Shown: piece by piece, positions 29,323-38,903 of the stretch | Layout of the letters: every line of letters starts with the position of its first letter | How positions within the stretch are numbered: position 1 is the first letter of the stretch | From: Candidatus Omnitrophota bacterium | GTDB taxonomy: Bacteria; Omnitrophota; Gorgyraeia; JACQQV01 | Length of the DNA stretch: 64,000 bases | Direction of reading: 5' to 3' | NCBI GenBank assembly: GCA_016206785.1 | Contig: JACQQV010000028.1 | Coordinates: 5,438-69,437, forward strand | The notes under the pieces: model-generated | Database searches by the model: none | Told to the model about the DNA's origin: nothing | What the model saw: the letters and a program-made list of their open reading frames with translations, nothing else | Program-made: the position numbers and the translations under genes

Positions 29323-30276
29323 GTGAAAGTCCTGATTACAGGGATTACCGGTTTTGTAGGGAGTCATCTGGCAGAATACCTTCTTACCAAGAAAAATGTC
29401 GAAGTCTATGGGATTGAACGGTGGAGGAGCAAGGAAGACAATATCCTGAACATTAAGGAAAAGATTCGGTTGAGTTATTGCGACCTGCGGGATGCCTCGT
29501 CGGTCCATGAAATTATCCGGAAGATTAAGCCGGAGCGGATCTTTCATCTCGCCGCCCAATCGTTCGTCCTTTCCTCCTGGATGGCACCGGCGGAAACACT
29601 GACGACAAACATCATTGGGGAGCTCAATCTTTTTGAAGCGGTGCGTGAGTTGGGACTGCATCCCCGCATCCATATCGCCGGCTCTTCCGAAGAATACGGT
29701 TCAGTATTAGAAAAAGAATTGCCGGTCAAAGAGACCAATCCCTTACGCCCCTTAAGTCCTTATGGTGTTTCAAAGGTTGGACAGGATCTTTTAGCCTATC
29801 AGTACCACCAAAGTTACGGCCTTTATGTGGTGCGGACCCGGGCCTTTAACCACACCGGACCCCGCCGCGGGGAAGTATTTGCAACCAGTAACTTTGCAAA
29901 ACAGATCGCTTTGATTGAAAAAAGGAGACAGGAGCCGGTCGTCAAAGTCGGCAATCTTACTTCCAGGAGAGATTTCACGGATGTGAGGGATGTGGTGAAA
30001 GCCTATTGGCTTGCACTGGAGAAAGGGGAGAAAGGGGAGGTCTATAACATCTGTTCGGGAAAAGACTACACGATGCGGCAGGTACTGAATCTCCTTTTAC
30101 AAATGGCGAAAGTGAAACCCAAAATCAAGCAGGATCCCAGACGGATGCGGCCAAGCGATGTCATGCGTCTTCTCGGTGACAATACGAAATTCAGGAAACT
30201 CACAGGATGGAAACCCGAGATCCCCTTCCGGAAAACGTTGAAAGATCTACTCAACTATTGGAGAGAAAGAGTATAA
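29323..30276 (+). CDS. GDP-6-deoxy-D-lyxo-4-hexulose reductase (Rmd)-like NAD-dependent epimerase/dehydratase
   Basis: Blocks RTRAFNHTGPRRG, VGNLTSRRDFTDVRDV, VYNICSG, DPRRMRPSDV and TGWKPEI match remembered Rmd/GDP-sugar reductase signatures; GAGGAG RBS before the GTG. Confidence 0.65.
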   Translation: MKVLITGITGFVGSHLAEYLLTKKNVEVYGIERWRSKEDNILNIKEKIRLSYCDLRDASSVHEIIRKIKPERIFHLAAQSFVLSSWMAPAETLTTNIIGELNLFEAVRELGLHPRIHIAGSSEEYGSVLEKELPVKETNPLRPLSPYGVSKVGQDLLAYQYHQSYGLYVVRTRAFNHTGPRRGEVFATSNFAKQIALIEKRRQEPVVKVGNLTSRRDFTDVRDVVKAYWLALEKGEKGEVYNICSGKDYTMRQVLNLLLQMAKVKPKIKQDPRRMRPSDVMRLLGDNTKFRKLTGWKPEIPFRKTLKDLLNYWRERV

Positions 30277-31578
30277 ATGAAAACGTGTAAAGAAAAAATA
30301 CGGTCTAAGAAAGCGAAGATTGCCATCGTGGGGCTCGGCTATGTGGGACTTCCTCTGGCAGTCGGTTTTGCAAAGAAGGGGTTCACCGTTTTCGGTATCG
30401 ACGTCGATGAGAAACGGATTTCTAGCATTCGAGAAGGGAAGTCTTATATTTTGGATATCCCCTCGGAGACGTTACGGCGGGTCGTTCGCGAAAAGACCTT
30501 GGTTCCCACCAAGGACTGTCAAAAAGTGAGATCCTCAGATATTGTGGTGATCTGTGTTCCGACACCCCTTCGCAAAACAAAAGATCCCGACCTTTCTTTT
30601 GTCATCTCCGCTGTCCAAAGTTTGGCCCCTTTTGTTCATCGGGGGCAACTTCTGATTCTGGAAAGCACCACGTATCCCGGGACAACCGAGGAGGTAATTC
30701 TTCCTCTCCTGGAGAGCCGTGGGCTTAAAGCAGGAAAGGATTTTTGCCTCTGCTTCTCACCCGAACGGGTGGACCCAGGCAATTCAAAATACCATACCGA
30801 AAATATTCCGAAGGTGGTTGGGGGAATCACTCGAGAATGTTCGGAACTCGGAAAACTTTTTTACGCGCAGCTGATCCGAGAGGTCATCACGGTGTCGAGT
30901 CCACGTGTGGCAGAAATGGTCAAGCTCCTCGAGAATACCTTCCGGAGTGTCAATATCGCTCTCGTGAATGAACTCGCCCTCATGTGTCATCATCTCCATC
31001 TCGATGTGTGGGAAGTGATTGAAGCGGCCAAGACAAAACCATTCGGGTTTATGCCCTTTTATCCAGGACCTGGTTTGGGAGGTCACTGCATCCCCATCGA
31101 CCCGATCTATCTTCTGTGGAAAGCAAGGCTCCATGGATTTGAGGTAAGGTTCATTGAACTGGCCACCCAGATTAACTCCTACATGCCGAAACATGTTTCG
31201 GAAAGAACGGCCGAAATATTGAACGATGCCAGAAAACCCCTTCAGGGATCCCGCATTCTCATCCTCGGCGTCTCCTATAAAAGAAACGTCAATGATACAC
31301 GGGAATCGCCAGCCCTCGAGATCCTCCATCATCTTAAGGAAAAGGGGTCAGAAGTGTTTTACCACGATCCCTATGTCCCTGTTTTAAAACTTGAGAAGGG
31401 ACAGATGAAATCCTCTCCTTTGACAGATCGATTTCTCCGAACGATCGACTGTGTAGTGGTTGTGACTGATCATACCATCGATTATCAGAAAATTTTTGAA
31501 AAAAGCTCTCTTATTTTGGATACACGAAATGCCCTGTGTCATGTGAAGGGAAAAGGGGCAAAAGTGGTCAAGTTGTAG
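30277..31578 (+). CDS. UDP-glucose/GDP-mannose dehydrogenase family nucleotide-sugar dehydrogenase
   Basis: KIAIVGLGYVGLPLAVGFAKKGFTVFGIDVDEKRI N-terminal NAD motif; 433 aa with a catalytic Cys region (GGHCIPID). Confidence 0.85.
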   Translation: MKTCKEKIRSKKAKIAIVGLGYVGLPLAVGFAKKGFTVFGIDVDEKRISSIREGKSYILDIPSETLRRVVREKTLVPTKDCQKVRSSDIVVICVPTPLRKTKDPDLSFVISAVQSLAPFVHRGQLLILESTTYPGTTEEVILPLLESRGLKAGKDFCLCFSPERVDPGNSKYHTENIPKVVGGITRECSELGKLFYAQLIREVITVSSPRVAEMVKLLENTFRSVNIALVNELALMCHHLHLDVWEVIEAAKTKPFGFMPFYPGPGLGGHCIPIDPIYLLWKARLHGFEVRFIELATQINSYMPKHVSERTAEILNDARKPLQGSRILILGVSYKRNVNDTRESPALEILHHLKEKGSEVFYHDPYVPVLKLEKGQMKSSPLTDRFLRTIDCVVVVTDHTIDYQKIFEKSSLILDTRNALCHVKGKGAKVVKL

Positions 31579-31598
31579 GTGAACAGAGGAGGTGTAAG

Positions 31599-31844
31599 AT
31601 GGGGAATGCTTCACTGACGATGCAGCAGAAAAGGGTCTATGAGTTTGTGAAAGAATATATTCTCACAAACAAAAGACCTCCGTACATTCGGGAGATTCAA
31701 GGTGGTTGTGGGAGTATTTCTTACAAAGCAGCATTAGACAAACTTGTGGCATTGGAAAGGAAAGGGTATATCCGTAGAGCTCCGAACAAGCACCGCGGCA
31801 TTGTGCTGGAGGAAGAACTCTCACTGGGTCGGGAGGCCTCATGA
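31599..31844 (+). CDS. LexA-type winged-helix DNA-binding-domain-only protein (no S24 peptidase domain)
   Basis: AGGAGG 7 nt upstream; [65 protein letters not shown] parallels the LexA N-terminal DBD (LTxRQxEV...PPxxREI...KGxI...RGIxL); the protein stops after about 82 aa. Confidence 0.6.
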   Translation: MGNASLTMQQKRVYEFVKEYILTNKRPPYIREIQGGCGSISYKAALDKLVALERKGYIRRAPNKHRGIVLEEELSLGREAS

Positions 31845-32776
31845 AGGTTTTCGTTACGGGTGGAGCAGGGTTTATCGGCTCTCATTTCATTGACCTCCTG
31901 ATGGACAAAGACCATGAGGTCATCTGTATGGACAACTTAATCACTGGGAACTCGCAGAATCTTTCACGTTTCCAGTCGAACAAGCGCTTCACCTTTCTCC
32001 AGCAAGACGTGACGAAACCGATTGAGGTAGAAGGTCCCATCGACTACGTGCTCCATTTTGCCTCTCCGGCAAGTCCCGTGGATTACCTCACCTATCCGAT
32101 TCCCACTTTGAAAGTCGGATCACTGGGCACGCACAATGCGCTCGGCCTCGCGAAGGCAAAAAAGGCAAAATTCTTGCTAGCCTCCACCAGTGAGGTGTAT
32201 GGGGATCCTCTCGTGAGTCCACAACCGGAAAGTTATTGGGGGAATGTCAATCCGATTGGGCCTCGGGGTGTTTATGACGAAGCAAAACGTTTTGCAGAAG
32301 CGATCACACTGGCATATCACCGTTCCCATCGCATCGATACAAAGATCGCCCGCATTTTTAATACCTATGGACCCCGCATGCGGAAAGAGGATGGTCGAGC
32401 GGTTCCTAACTTTATCACTCAGGCCCTAAAAGGAGAACCTCTGACCGTCTACGGAGAGGGGAATCAAACCCGCAGTTTCTGTTTTATCTCGGACCTCATT
32501 CAAGGTTTGTCCCGGTTGATGGAATCCCCATTGAACGAACCGGTCAATCTGGGAAATCCAGAAGAAATGACCATTTTAGAGCTTGCCCAGAAAATCATTC
32601 ATTTGACTCAGTGCAAAAGTAAAATCGAATGGAGGCCTCTTCCCACCGACGACCCCAAACAGAGACGCCCAGATATTTCAAAGGCGCAAAGAGAGTTAAA
32701 GTGGAAACCGGTTGTCCCCCTTGACGAAGGGTTGCACCTCACCATCGAAGATTTCCGGAAGAGAATGAAGGAGTAA
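31841..32776 (+). CDS. uxs: UDP-glucuronate decarboxylase (UDP-xylose synthase)
   Basis: [15 protein letters not shown]...[10 protein letters not shown]...YDEAKR...[11 protein letters not shown], a near-canonical UXS/ArnA-decarboxylase-family sequence. Confidence 0.85.
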   Translation: MKVFVTGGAGFIGSHFIDLLMDKDHEVICMDNLITGNSQNLSRFQSNKRFTFLQQDVTKPIEVEGPIDYVLHFASPASPVDYLTYPIPTLKVGSLGTHNALGLAKAKKAKFLLASTSEVYGDPLVSPQPESYWGNVNPIGPRGVYDEAKRFAEAITLAYHRSHRIDTKIARIFNTYGPRMRKEDGRAVPNFITQALKGEPLTVYGEGNQTRSFCFISDLIQGLSRLMESPLNEPVNLGNPEEMTILELAQKIIHLTQCKSKIEWRPLPTDDPKQRRPDISKAQRELKWKPVVPLDEGLHLTIEDFRKRMKE

Positions 32777-32780
32777 ACGA

Positions 32781-34484
32781 GTGATTATTGTTGGTTTGGG
32801 AAGTCCTTTTGGACACGACCCCTCCGCCGCCCTTTTGGTCGACGGAGAAGTGATTGCGGCCACAGAAGAGGAGCGGTTCGTCCGGCAAAAACATGCCCCT
32901 GGCCTTTTGCCCATTCAGGCGCTCCGTTTCTGTCTCGAAAAAGCGGGACTCCGACCTGAAGCAGTGACCCATGTCGCCTTTCCATGGTCGCGACAGGCGT
33001 ATAACCGCTGCCGGTGGGGAACCATCCGTCGCACCCTTTCCCGCCCCGATTATGTCGCCCGGGTTCTCTTCCGGGGGGGGAAGAGCGAGAGAATGATGAG
33101 AGACCATGTTCAGAAGACGCTTCGAGAAGTCGGCATCGACCCCCGAAAGGTATCGCTCCATTTTGTAGAACACCATTTGGCACACGCCGCCTCCGCCTAC
33201 CACCTCTCCGGCTTTCAGGAATCGGCCATTATGACGGTAGACGCCGCAGGTGAATTTACCTCCACACTCTTTGGGGAGGGAAAAGGGGGAAAGATTCTGG
33301 TCCGGAAAGAGATTGTGGTTCCTGACTCCCTCGGCGTTTTCTACACCGTCATGACCGATTACTTGGGATTTGAAAGGGATGACGGGGAGTACAAGGTGAT
33401 GGGAATGGCTCCCTACGGAGATCCTGCCCGATGCGACCTCTCAAGATACATCCGCTGGGACCGAGAAACATTTCGTCTTAACGAACAGCATTTCCGTCCT
33501 CCCCGCACCCGGCGGTATCAACCGGATCGCTGGTTTTCAAAAGAGATGGTCGAGCACCTCGGTCCTCCTCGAAACGGCGATAGTCTGGATGAACCGTATA
33601 TTCATGTCGCCGCGGCTTCCCAAAGAACTCTTGAAGAGGTAACCCTTACCTTGCTTGAAAGTTACCTCAGTGATGCGCTCAAAAAATATGAGGGCCATCT
33701 TTGCTTTGCAGGGGGGTGTGCGTTGAACGTCTCTTTGAACCGGAGGCTCATTGAGCATCCATTGGTCAAACGTCTCTTTGTCCAGCCCGCCGCCAACGAT
33801 GCGGGTGCTCCCCTCGGTGCTGCGACCTATGTGGCCGCAGAACTCGGTCAGAAGATAAAACCGATGGGACACGTATATCTTGGTCCCAGTTATTCGAACG
33901 AGGAGATCCGAGAACATCTTAGGGATCGTGAGATCAAAACGACCTACCATGACAATATAGAGGAAGTGAGCGCAACTCTCCTTTCTCAAGGGAAGATCTT
34001 GGCCTGGTTCCAGGGGGCGATGGAGTTCGGACCCCGCGCGCTAGGGAATCGCTCCATCCTTGCCCATCCCGCCATCAAAGGGATTGCGGATGACATCAAT
34101 GAGCGGATCAAGTACCGGGAGAGATGGCGTCCTTTCTGCCCTTCTCTGCTTCCTGAATATGCAGAGGAGATTTTAGGAGTCGATCATCCTTCTCCCTATA
34201 TGACGTTTTCGTTTAAGGTCAGAGAGTCGTGGAAAAATAAAATCCCTGAAGTGGTTCATGTGGATGGAACACTCCGTCCGCAGATTGTCGATCCCCGAAC
34301 CAACCCACGGTTCTACACCCTTCTCAAAAAATTCCATGAAAAGACGGATCTTCCGGTTCTTCTCAACACCTCCCTCAACCGTCGGGGAGAACCGATGGTC
34401 TGCTCTCCGCAGGATGCGACCACCCTATTCTATGGATCAGGCCTTGAATACCTTGTCATGGGAAATTATTTGATAAAGAAATGA
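32781..34484 (+). CDS. carbamoyltransferase (NodU/CmcH family)
   Basis: IIVGLGSPFGHDPSAALLVDGEVIAATEEERF... YrdC/Kae1-like N-terminus plus about 570 aa, the NodU/CmcH O-carbamoyltransferase pattern. Confidence 0.8.
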   Translation: MIIVGLGSPFGHDPSAALLVDGEVIAATEEERFVRQKHAPGLLPIQALRFCLEKAGLRPEAVTHVAFPWSRQAYNRCRWGTIRRTLSRPDYVARVLFRGGKSERMMRDHVQKTLREVGIDPRKVSLHFVEHHLAHAASAYHLSGFQESAIMTVDAAGEFTSTLFGEGKGGKILVRKEIVVPDSLGVFYTVMTDYLGFERDDGEYKVMGMAPYGDPARCDLSRYIRWDRETFRLNEQHFRPPRTRRYQPDRWFSKEMVEHLGPPRNGDSLDEPYIHVAAASQRTLEEVTLTLLESYLSDALKKYEGHLCFAGGCALNVSLNRRLIEHPLVKRLFVQPAANDAGAPLGAATYVAAELGQKIKPMGHVYLGPSYSNEEIREHLRDREIKTTYHDNIEEVSATLLSQGKILAWFQGAMEFGPRALGNRSILAHPAIKGIADDINERIKYRERWRPFCPSLLPEYAEEILGVDHPSPYMTFSFKVRESWKNKIPEVVHVDGTLRPQIVDPRTNPRFYTLLKKFHEKTDLPVLLNTSLNRRGEPMVCSPQDATTLFYGSGLEYLVMGNYLIKK

Positions 34485-35572
34485 GCGAAAGACGGATTCT
34501 AATCGCCAATCCCTTCGGGGTGGGGGACGTTCTCTTCACAACTCCTGTGGTACGGGCCCTGCGGGATTATTTCCCAAAGGCGACACTTGGATATCTCTGT
34601 AACCGACGGACCGAGGAGATGATGCGGGTGAATTCTTGCATCGACGCAGTCTTCGTTTTTGAAAAGGATGAATACCGGAGACTTTGGAAGGAATCGAAGA
34701 GGAAGTGCCTTCAACAATTTCTCAAGTTGTTACAGGAGATCCGCCGCTGCCAATTCGATACGCTGGTCGATTTTTCGCTTAATTGGCATTACAGTTTCTT
34801 GGGTGCACTTCTTGGTGTTCGCAGGCGCATCGGATTCAACTACCGAGGCCGCGGCAGATTCCTGACCCGGCGCCAGGATCTTCCCGGTTTTGAGGAAAAA
34901 CATGTGGTCGAGTATTATTTGGGGCTTCTGAAATTTCTGGGAGTCCCTTTCTTACAATCGCCGCGCATGGAGTTTCCTCTCCTCGAGGAAGATCGCCGAT
35001 GGGCAAAAGCGTTTCTGGAGGCCCACAAGATCCCCAGCGAGAAAACGATTTTCGGGATGGCGCCCGGCGGGGGAACGACCTGGGGGGATAGCGCTTCTTA
35101 TAAACATTGGCCCAAAGGTCATTATAGGCAATTGGCGAATCGTCTTTTAGAAGATCGGGAGGGGGTGTTTCTCCTCTTTGGGGATGAGAGGGAACGCCCT
35201 CTTTGTGAAGAGATTGCAAAAGGGGTTCTTGGGAGAAGCGTTGTTGCTGCGGGAAAGACAACACTTCGTCAGCTTCGCGCGCTCCTTGAGCGATGCACGA
35301 TGCTTGTCTGTAACGATGGGGGGATTCTTCATGTGGGGGTGAGTGCCGATATCCCGACGCTTTCTTTTTACGGACCGGTGGATCCTGTCGTCTACGGGCC
35401 TTTCCCATCCGGTGAGCGCCATGGCGTGTTGACTATCCCTCTTTGCTGTCGTCCCTGTTACCGTCGGTTTAAATATCCTCTCTGCGAGAGACAGGTTTGT
35501 CTTGAATGGATTTCTCCCGAGCAGGCCTTTCGGGAAGCCTCTCGCCTTCTGGATGCGGCGGCCGTTTCCTAA
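34481..35572 (+). CDS. glycosyltransferase family 9 (ADP-heptose:LPS heptosyltransferase-like)
   Basis: RILIANPFGVGDVLFTTPVVRALRD N-terminal GT9 motif; about 360 aa. Confidence 0.8.
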   Translation: MSERRILIANPFGVGDVLFTTPVVRALRDYFPKATLGYLCNRRTEEMMRVNSCIDAVFVFEKDEYRRLWKESKRKCLQQFLKLLQEIRRCQFDTLVDFSLNWHYSFLGALLGVRRRIGFNYRGRGRFLTRRQDLPGFEEKHVVEYYLGLLKFLGVPFLQSPRMEFPLLEEDRRWAKAFLEAHKIPSEKTIFGMAPGGGTTWGDSASYKHWPKGHYRQLANRLLEDREGVFLLFGDERERPLCEEIAKGVLGRSVVAAGKTTLRQLRALLERCTMLVCNDGGILHVGVSADIPTLSFYGPVDPVVYGPFPSGERHGVLTIPLCCRPCYRRFKYPLCERQVCLEWISPEQAFREASRLLDAAAVS

Positions 35573-35589
35573 ATTTTGGAAAAAGAGCG

Positions 35590-36687
35590 ATGAAGATCGG
35601 CCTTCAGGTGCAATCAACCTTCAAACAGATGACGGGGATCGGACAATATACCGCTCATCTCGTTCAGGCTCTTGCATCCCTGGACAAAGAGAACGAGTAT
35701 TTTCTGTTGAATTATGTTCCGTGGTACAATTTTAGAAAACGTTTACGCGGCGTCGATGCCCCTGCAAGAAATTTTAAGCGGGATATCCGGTGGATTCCCC
35801 CTCATTGGGCGAATCCTACGAAGAAACTAAACCTCTTTCATACCTCCCATTTCAACTGGTTTCCGTGGGTGGCATGCAGGATGGTTCTGACCCTTCATGG
35901 CTTCGCCTGGAGAAGTTACCCTGAAGGCTTCTCGAAGGAGGTTCACCGCATCATGGAGGAAGGGATGTCTGAGGCGGCGCGTCGGGCAGATTGTCTCGTT
36001 GCCGTTTCTGAAACGATCCGGCGTGATTTAATGGAATATTTTCCTGTGAAGGAAAAGAAAGTGAAAGTTGTTTATAACGCCGCGGGAGAACACTTTAAAC
36101 CTCTTCATGATCGGGAGGAAGCAAAGAACCGCCTTTCGGGGTATGGCATCTCTTCCCCCTATCTTCTTTTTGTCGGAAGCATTGAGCCGGTGAAGAATGT
36201 CGCGGGACTTTTGCGCGCTTACGAGAAGATTCATCGCGACGTTCCGCACCATCTTGTGATCATCGGTATGCCGGGGTGGCGGCATGAAGCCATTCAATCG
36301 TTTTCCTCAGAAATGAGGCTCGACGACAAAGTCCATTGGCTCGGCTATGTCCCCTCCGAGGAACTCGTTTTTTTCTATAATATGGCCGACATTTTTATTT
36401 ATCCTTCTTTTTACGAGGGATTCGGGATACCGATTCTGGAGGCGTTCCAATGCGGCACCCCGGTGATCACTTCGAAGGCCCCTGCGATGTCGGAAGTGGC
36501 AGGTGATGCCGCATGTCTCATCGATCCTCATGAGGTAGAAAGCATTTCAGGGGCAATGCTTGAGCTGGTCCGAAATCAGACCCTGCGGGAGGACCTTTCA
36601 AGGAAGGGATTGGAACGGGCAAGGCAATTTTCGTGGAAAAAGGCGGCGGGCGAGATGCTTTCCCTCTTTAAGGAGGTGGCAGTGTGA
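35590..36687 (+). CDS. glycosyltransferase family 4
   Basis: ...YPSFYEGFGIPILEAFQCGTPVITSKAPAMSEVAGDAACLIDP, GT4 EX7E region. Confidence 0.8.
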   Translation: MKIGLQVQSTFKQMTGIGQYTAHLVQALASLDKENEYFLLNYVPWYNFRKRLRGVDAPARNFKRDIRWIPPHWANPTKKLNLFHTSHFNWFPWVACRMVLTLHGFAWRSYPEGFSKEVHRIMEEGMSEAARRADCLVAVSETIRRDLMEYFPVKEKKVKVVYNAAGEHFKPLHDREEAKNRLSGYGISSPYLLFVGSIEPVKNVAGLLRAYEKIHRDVPHHLVIIGMPGWRHEAIQSFSSEMRLDDKVHWLGYVPSEELVFFYNMADIFIYPSFYEGFGIPILEAFQCGTPVITSKAPAMSEVAGDAACLIDPHEVESISGAMLELVRNQTLREDLSRKGLERARQFSWKKAAGEMLSLFKEVAV

Positions 36688-37796
36688 AAATTTTGGTGAC
36701 AGGAGGAGCCGGGTTTATCGGGTCCCATCTTGTAGATGCCCTTGTAACACGTGACCATGAGGTCGTTGTCTACGATGCCTTTGTGGAGCAGGTGCATGGA
36801 CGGAAAAAACCGGATTACCTCAATCAGGAAGCAACCTATGTCAAAGAAGACGTTCGAAACCGGGAAGCCTTGAAAAAGGTGATCAGAACCTCTGACCTCA
36901 TTTTTCATGAGGCCTCCGCCGTCGGCGTGGGACAGTCGATGTATCAGGTTTCAGAATATGTAGAGGCCAATACTCAGGGAACTGCCGTTCTCCTGGATAT
37001 CCTGGTGCGCGAGAAAACGAAGGTCAAAAAGGTAGTGATTGCAAGTTCTATGAGTATTTATGGGGAAGGGCGTTATCTCTGCTCCGCCTGCGGAAAGATT
37101 GCCCCTTCTCCCCGCTCAGAGAAGCAATTGCAAAAAGGGGAGTGGGAGATGCACTGCCCCGCCTGCAACGCAAAGGTGAGGGCCATTCCAACCGATGAAT
37201 CGAAACCTCTGGAATCGACCTCTCTGTACGCAATGACAAAACGCCACCAGGAAGAGATGACCCTTCTCCTTGGAAAGACCTATCGTCTACCAGTCGTTGC
37301 GCTCCGTTACTTTAATGTCTACGGGCCTCGACAGGCCCTTTCCAACCCCTATACGGGGGTCTGCGCAATTTTTTCAAGCCGCGTCAAGAACGGGAAACCT
37401 CCTCTCGTTTATGAGGATGGACTTCAGAGTCGTGATTTCGTTCATGTGGAAGACATCGTCCGTGCGAATCTTTTGGTGATGGAAAAGAAAGAGGCAGACT
37501 ACCAGGTGTTTAATGTTGGAAGCGGAAAGGCCGTTTCGATTCTCGAGATCGCAAATGCCTTGATCCGTCTTTATGGAAAAGCCCTTTCTCCACAAGTGGT
37601 CGGAAAATACCGCAGCGGAGACATCCGACACTGTTTCGCCGATATCTCCCGCATCAGTTCTCTGGGGTATCGCCCCAAATGGTCTCTGCAGGAGGGGCTC
37701 CAGGATCTGGTCCGGTGGGGAGCGACGCAGAAAGCGGTTGACCGGAGCGAGATTGCAGATCGAGAACTCCTGAAGAGGGGGCTCAGGCAGCCGTGA
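36684..37796 (+). CDS. NAD-dependent epimerase/dehydratase with an inserted Cys4 zinc-ribbon
   Basis: [15 protein letters not shown]; YAMTK (YxxxK); about 35-aa insert CSACGKIAPSPRSEKQLQKGEWEMHCPACNAKV between the SSxxxYG block and the active-site Tyr. Confidence 0.7.
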   Translation: MKILVTGGAGFIGSHLVDALVTRDHEVVVYDAFVEQVHGRKKPDYLNQEATYVKEDVRNREALKKVIRTSDLIFHEASAVGVGQSMYQVSEYVEANTQGTAVLLDILVREKTKVKKVVIASSMSIYGEGRYLCSACGKIAPSPRSEKQLQKGEWEMHCPACNAKVRAIPTDESKPLESTSLYAMTKRHQEEMTLLLGKTYRLPVVALRYFNVYGPRQALSNPYTGVCAIFSSRVKNGKPPLVYEDGLQSRDFVHVEDIVRANLLVMEKKEADYQVFNVGSGKAVSILEIANALIRLYGKALSPQVVGKYRSGDIRHCFADISRISSLGYRPKWSLQEGLQDLVRWGATQKAVDRSEIADRELLKRGLRQP

Positions 37797-38902
37797 AAAG
37801 AATCCCACTAGTCGATTTAAGGGCCCAATATCGCCTTCTCGAGAGAGACATTCGGCATGCGCTACGGGTCATTTTCAGCGACATGAAACTTTTTCTCGGT
37901 GAGAATGTGAAGGCATTTGAGAAGGAATTTGCCGCGTTTTGTGGTGTTCCTTATGCCATCGGTGTCGGATCAGGGACGGAAGCGCTTCATTTTGCCCTCC
38001 GCTCACTCGGCGTTGGAGAGGGAGACAGGGTCATCACCGTTCCCTTTACATTTATTGGAACGGTTGAAGCGATCCTCCAAGCAGGGGCAAAACCCATTTT
38101 TGTCGATATCGATCCTTTCTCTCATACCATCGATTCCTCGAAGGTTGAAGAAAAAATTACCAAAAAGACAAAGGCGATCATCCCCGTTCACCTCTATGGA
38201 CAGCCGTGCGAGATGGCCCCACTACTCCGTCTTTCCAAAAAATATGGCGTCCCGATCCTTGAGGATGCGGCACAGGCCCATGGCGCGATGGAGAACGGAG
38301 AGAAAGTCGGCTCCATCGGGAAGGCCGGTTGTTTCAGTTTTTATTATGCCAAGAACCTCGGTGCGTATGGAGAAGGGGGGATGGTGGTGACGCGGGACAA
38401 ACGGATTGCGGAGAGAATCCGTCTTCTCAGGAATCATGGCGCAGCGACCAAATATGCCCATATCCTCCCCGGTTTTAATGGAAGGCTTGATGAAATTCAG
38501 GCAGCGGTGTTGAGGATTAAATTGAGGCGGCTTTCGCAATGGAACGCCTTGAGGAGACAACATGCAGGGCGTTATCGGGAGGCCTTTGCGGATCTGCCGA
38601 TCGCCCTTCCCGCCGAAGGGGCTCAAAAATATCATGTCTATCATCTTTTTGTCATCCGGACCCGCAAAAGGGACGCCCTCAGAAAATATCTCCTTGACCG
38701 GGACATTGAAACGGGCGTTCATTATCCGATCCCTCTTCACCTGCAGCAGGCCCTCCGCGCCTTCCGGTTTCACCGGGGCGATTTTCCAGAGAGCGAAAGG
38801 GCTGCTTCAGAGGTTCTTTCGTTGCCGATCTATCCGGAACTGACGTCCAACGATCAGGGACGGATCATTCGAGGGGTGAGGCGCTTCTTTAAGAAATGGT
38901 GA
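37793..38902 (+). CDS. DegT/DnrJ/EryC1/StrS family PLP-dependent sugar aminotransferase
   Basis: FEKEFAAFCGVPYAIGVGSGTEALHFAL...ITVPFTFIGTVEAI...VDID...DAAQAHG...FSFYYAKNLGAYGEGG, canonical DegT blocks. Confidence 0.85.
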   Translation: MKRIPLVDLRAQYRLLERDIRHALRVIFSDMKLFLGENVKAFEKEFAAFCGVPYAIGVGSGTEALHFALRSLGVGEGDRVITVPFTFIGTVEAILQAGAKPIFVDIDPFSHTIDSSKVEEKITKKTKAIIPVHLYGQPCEMAPLLRLSKKYGVPILEDAAQAHGAMENGEKVGSIGKAGCFSFYYAKNLGAYGEGGMVVTRDKRIAERIRLLRNHGAATKYAHILPGFNGRLDEIQAAVLRIKLRRLSQWNALRRQHAGRYREAFADLPIALPAEGAQKYHVYHLFVIRTRKRDALRKYLLDRDIETGVHYPIPLHLQQALRAFRFHRGDFPESERAASEVLSLPIYPELTSNDQGRIIRGVRRFFKKW

Positions 38903-38903
38903 T

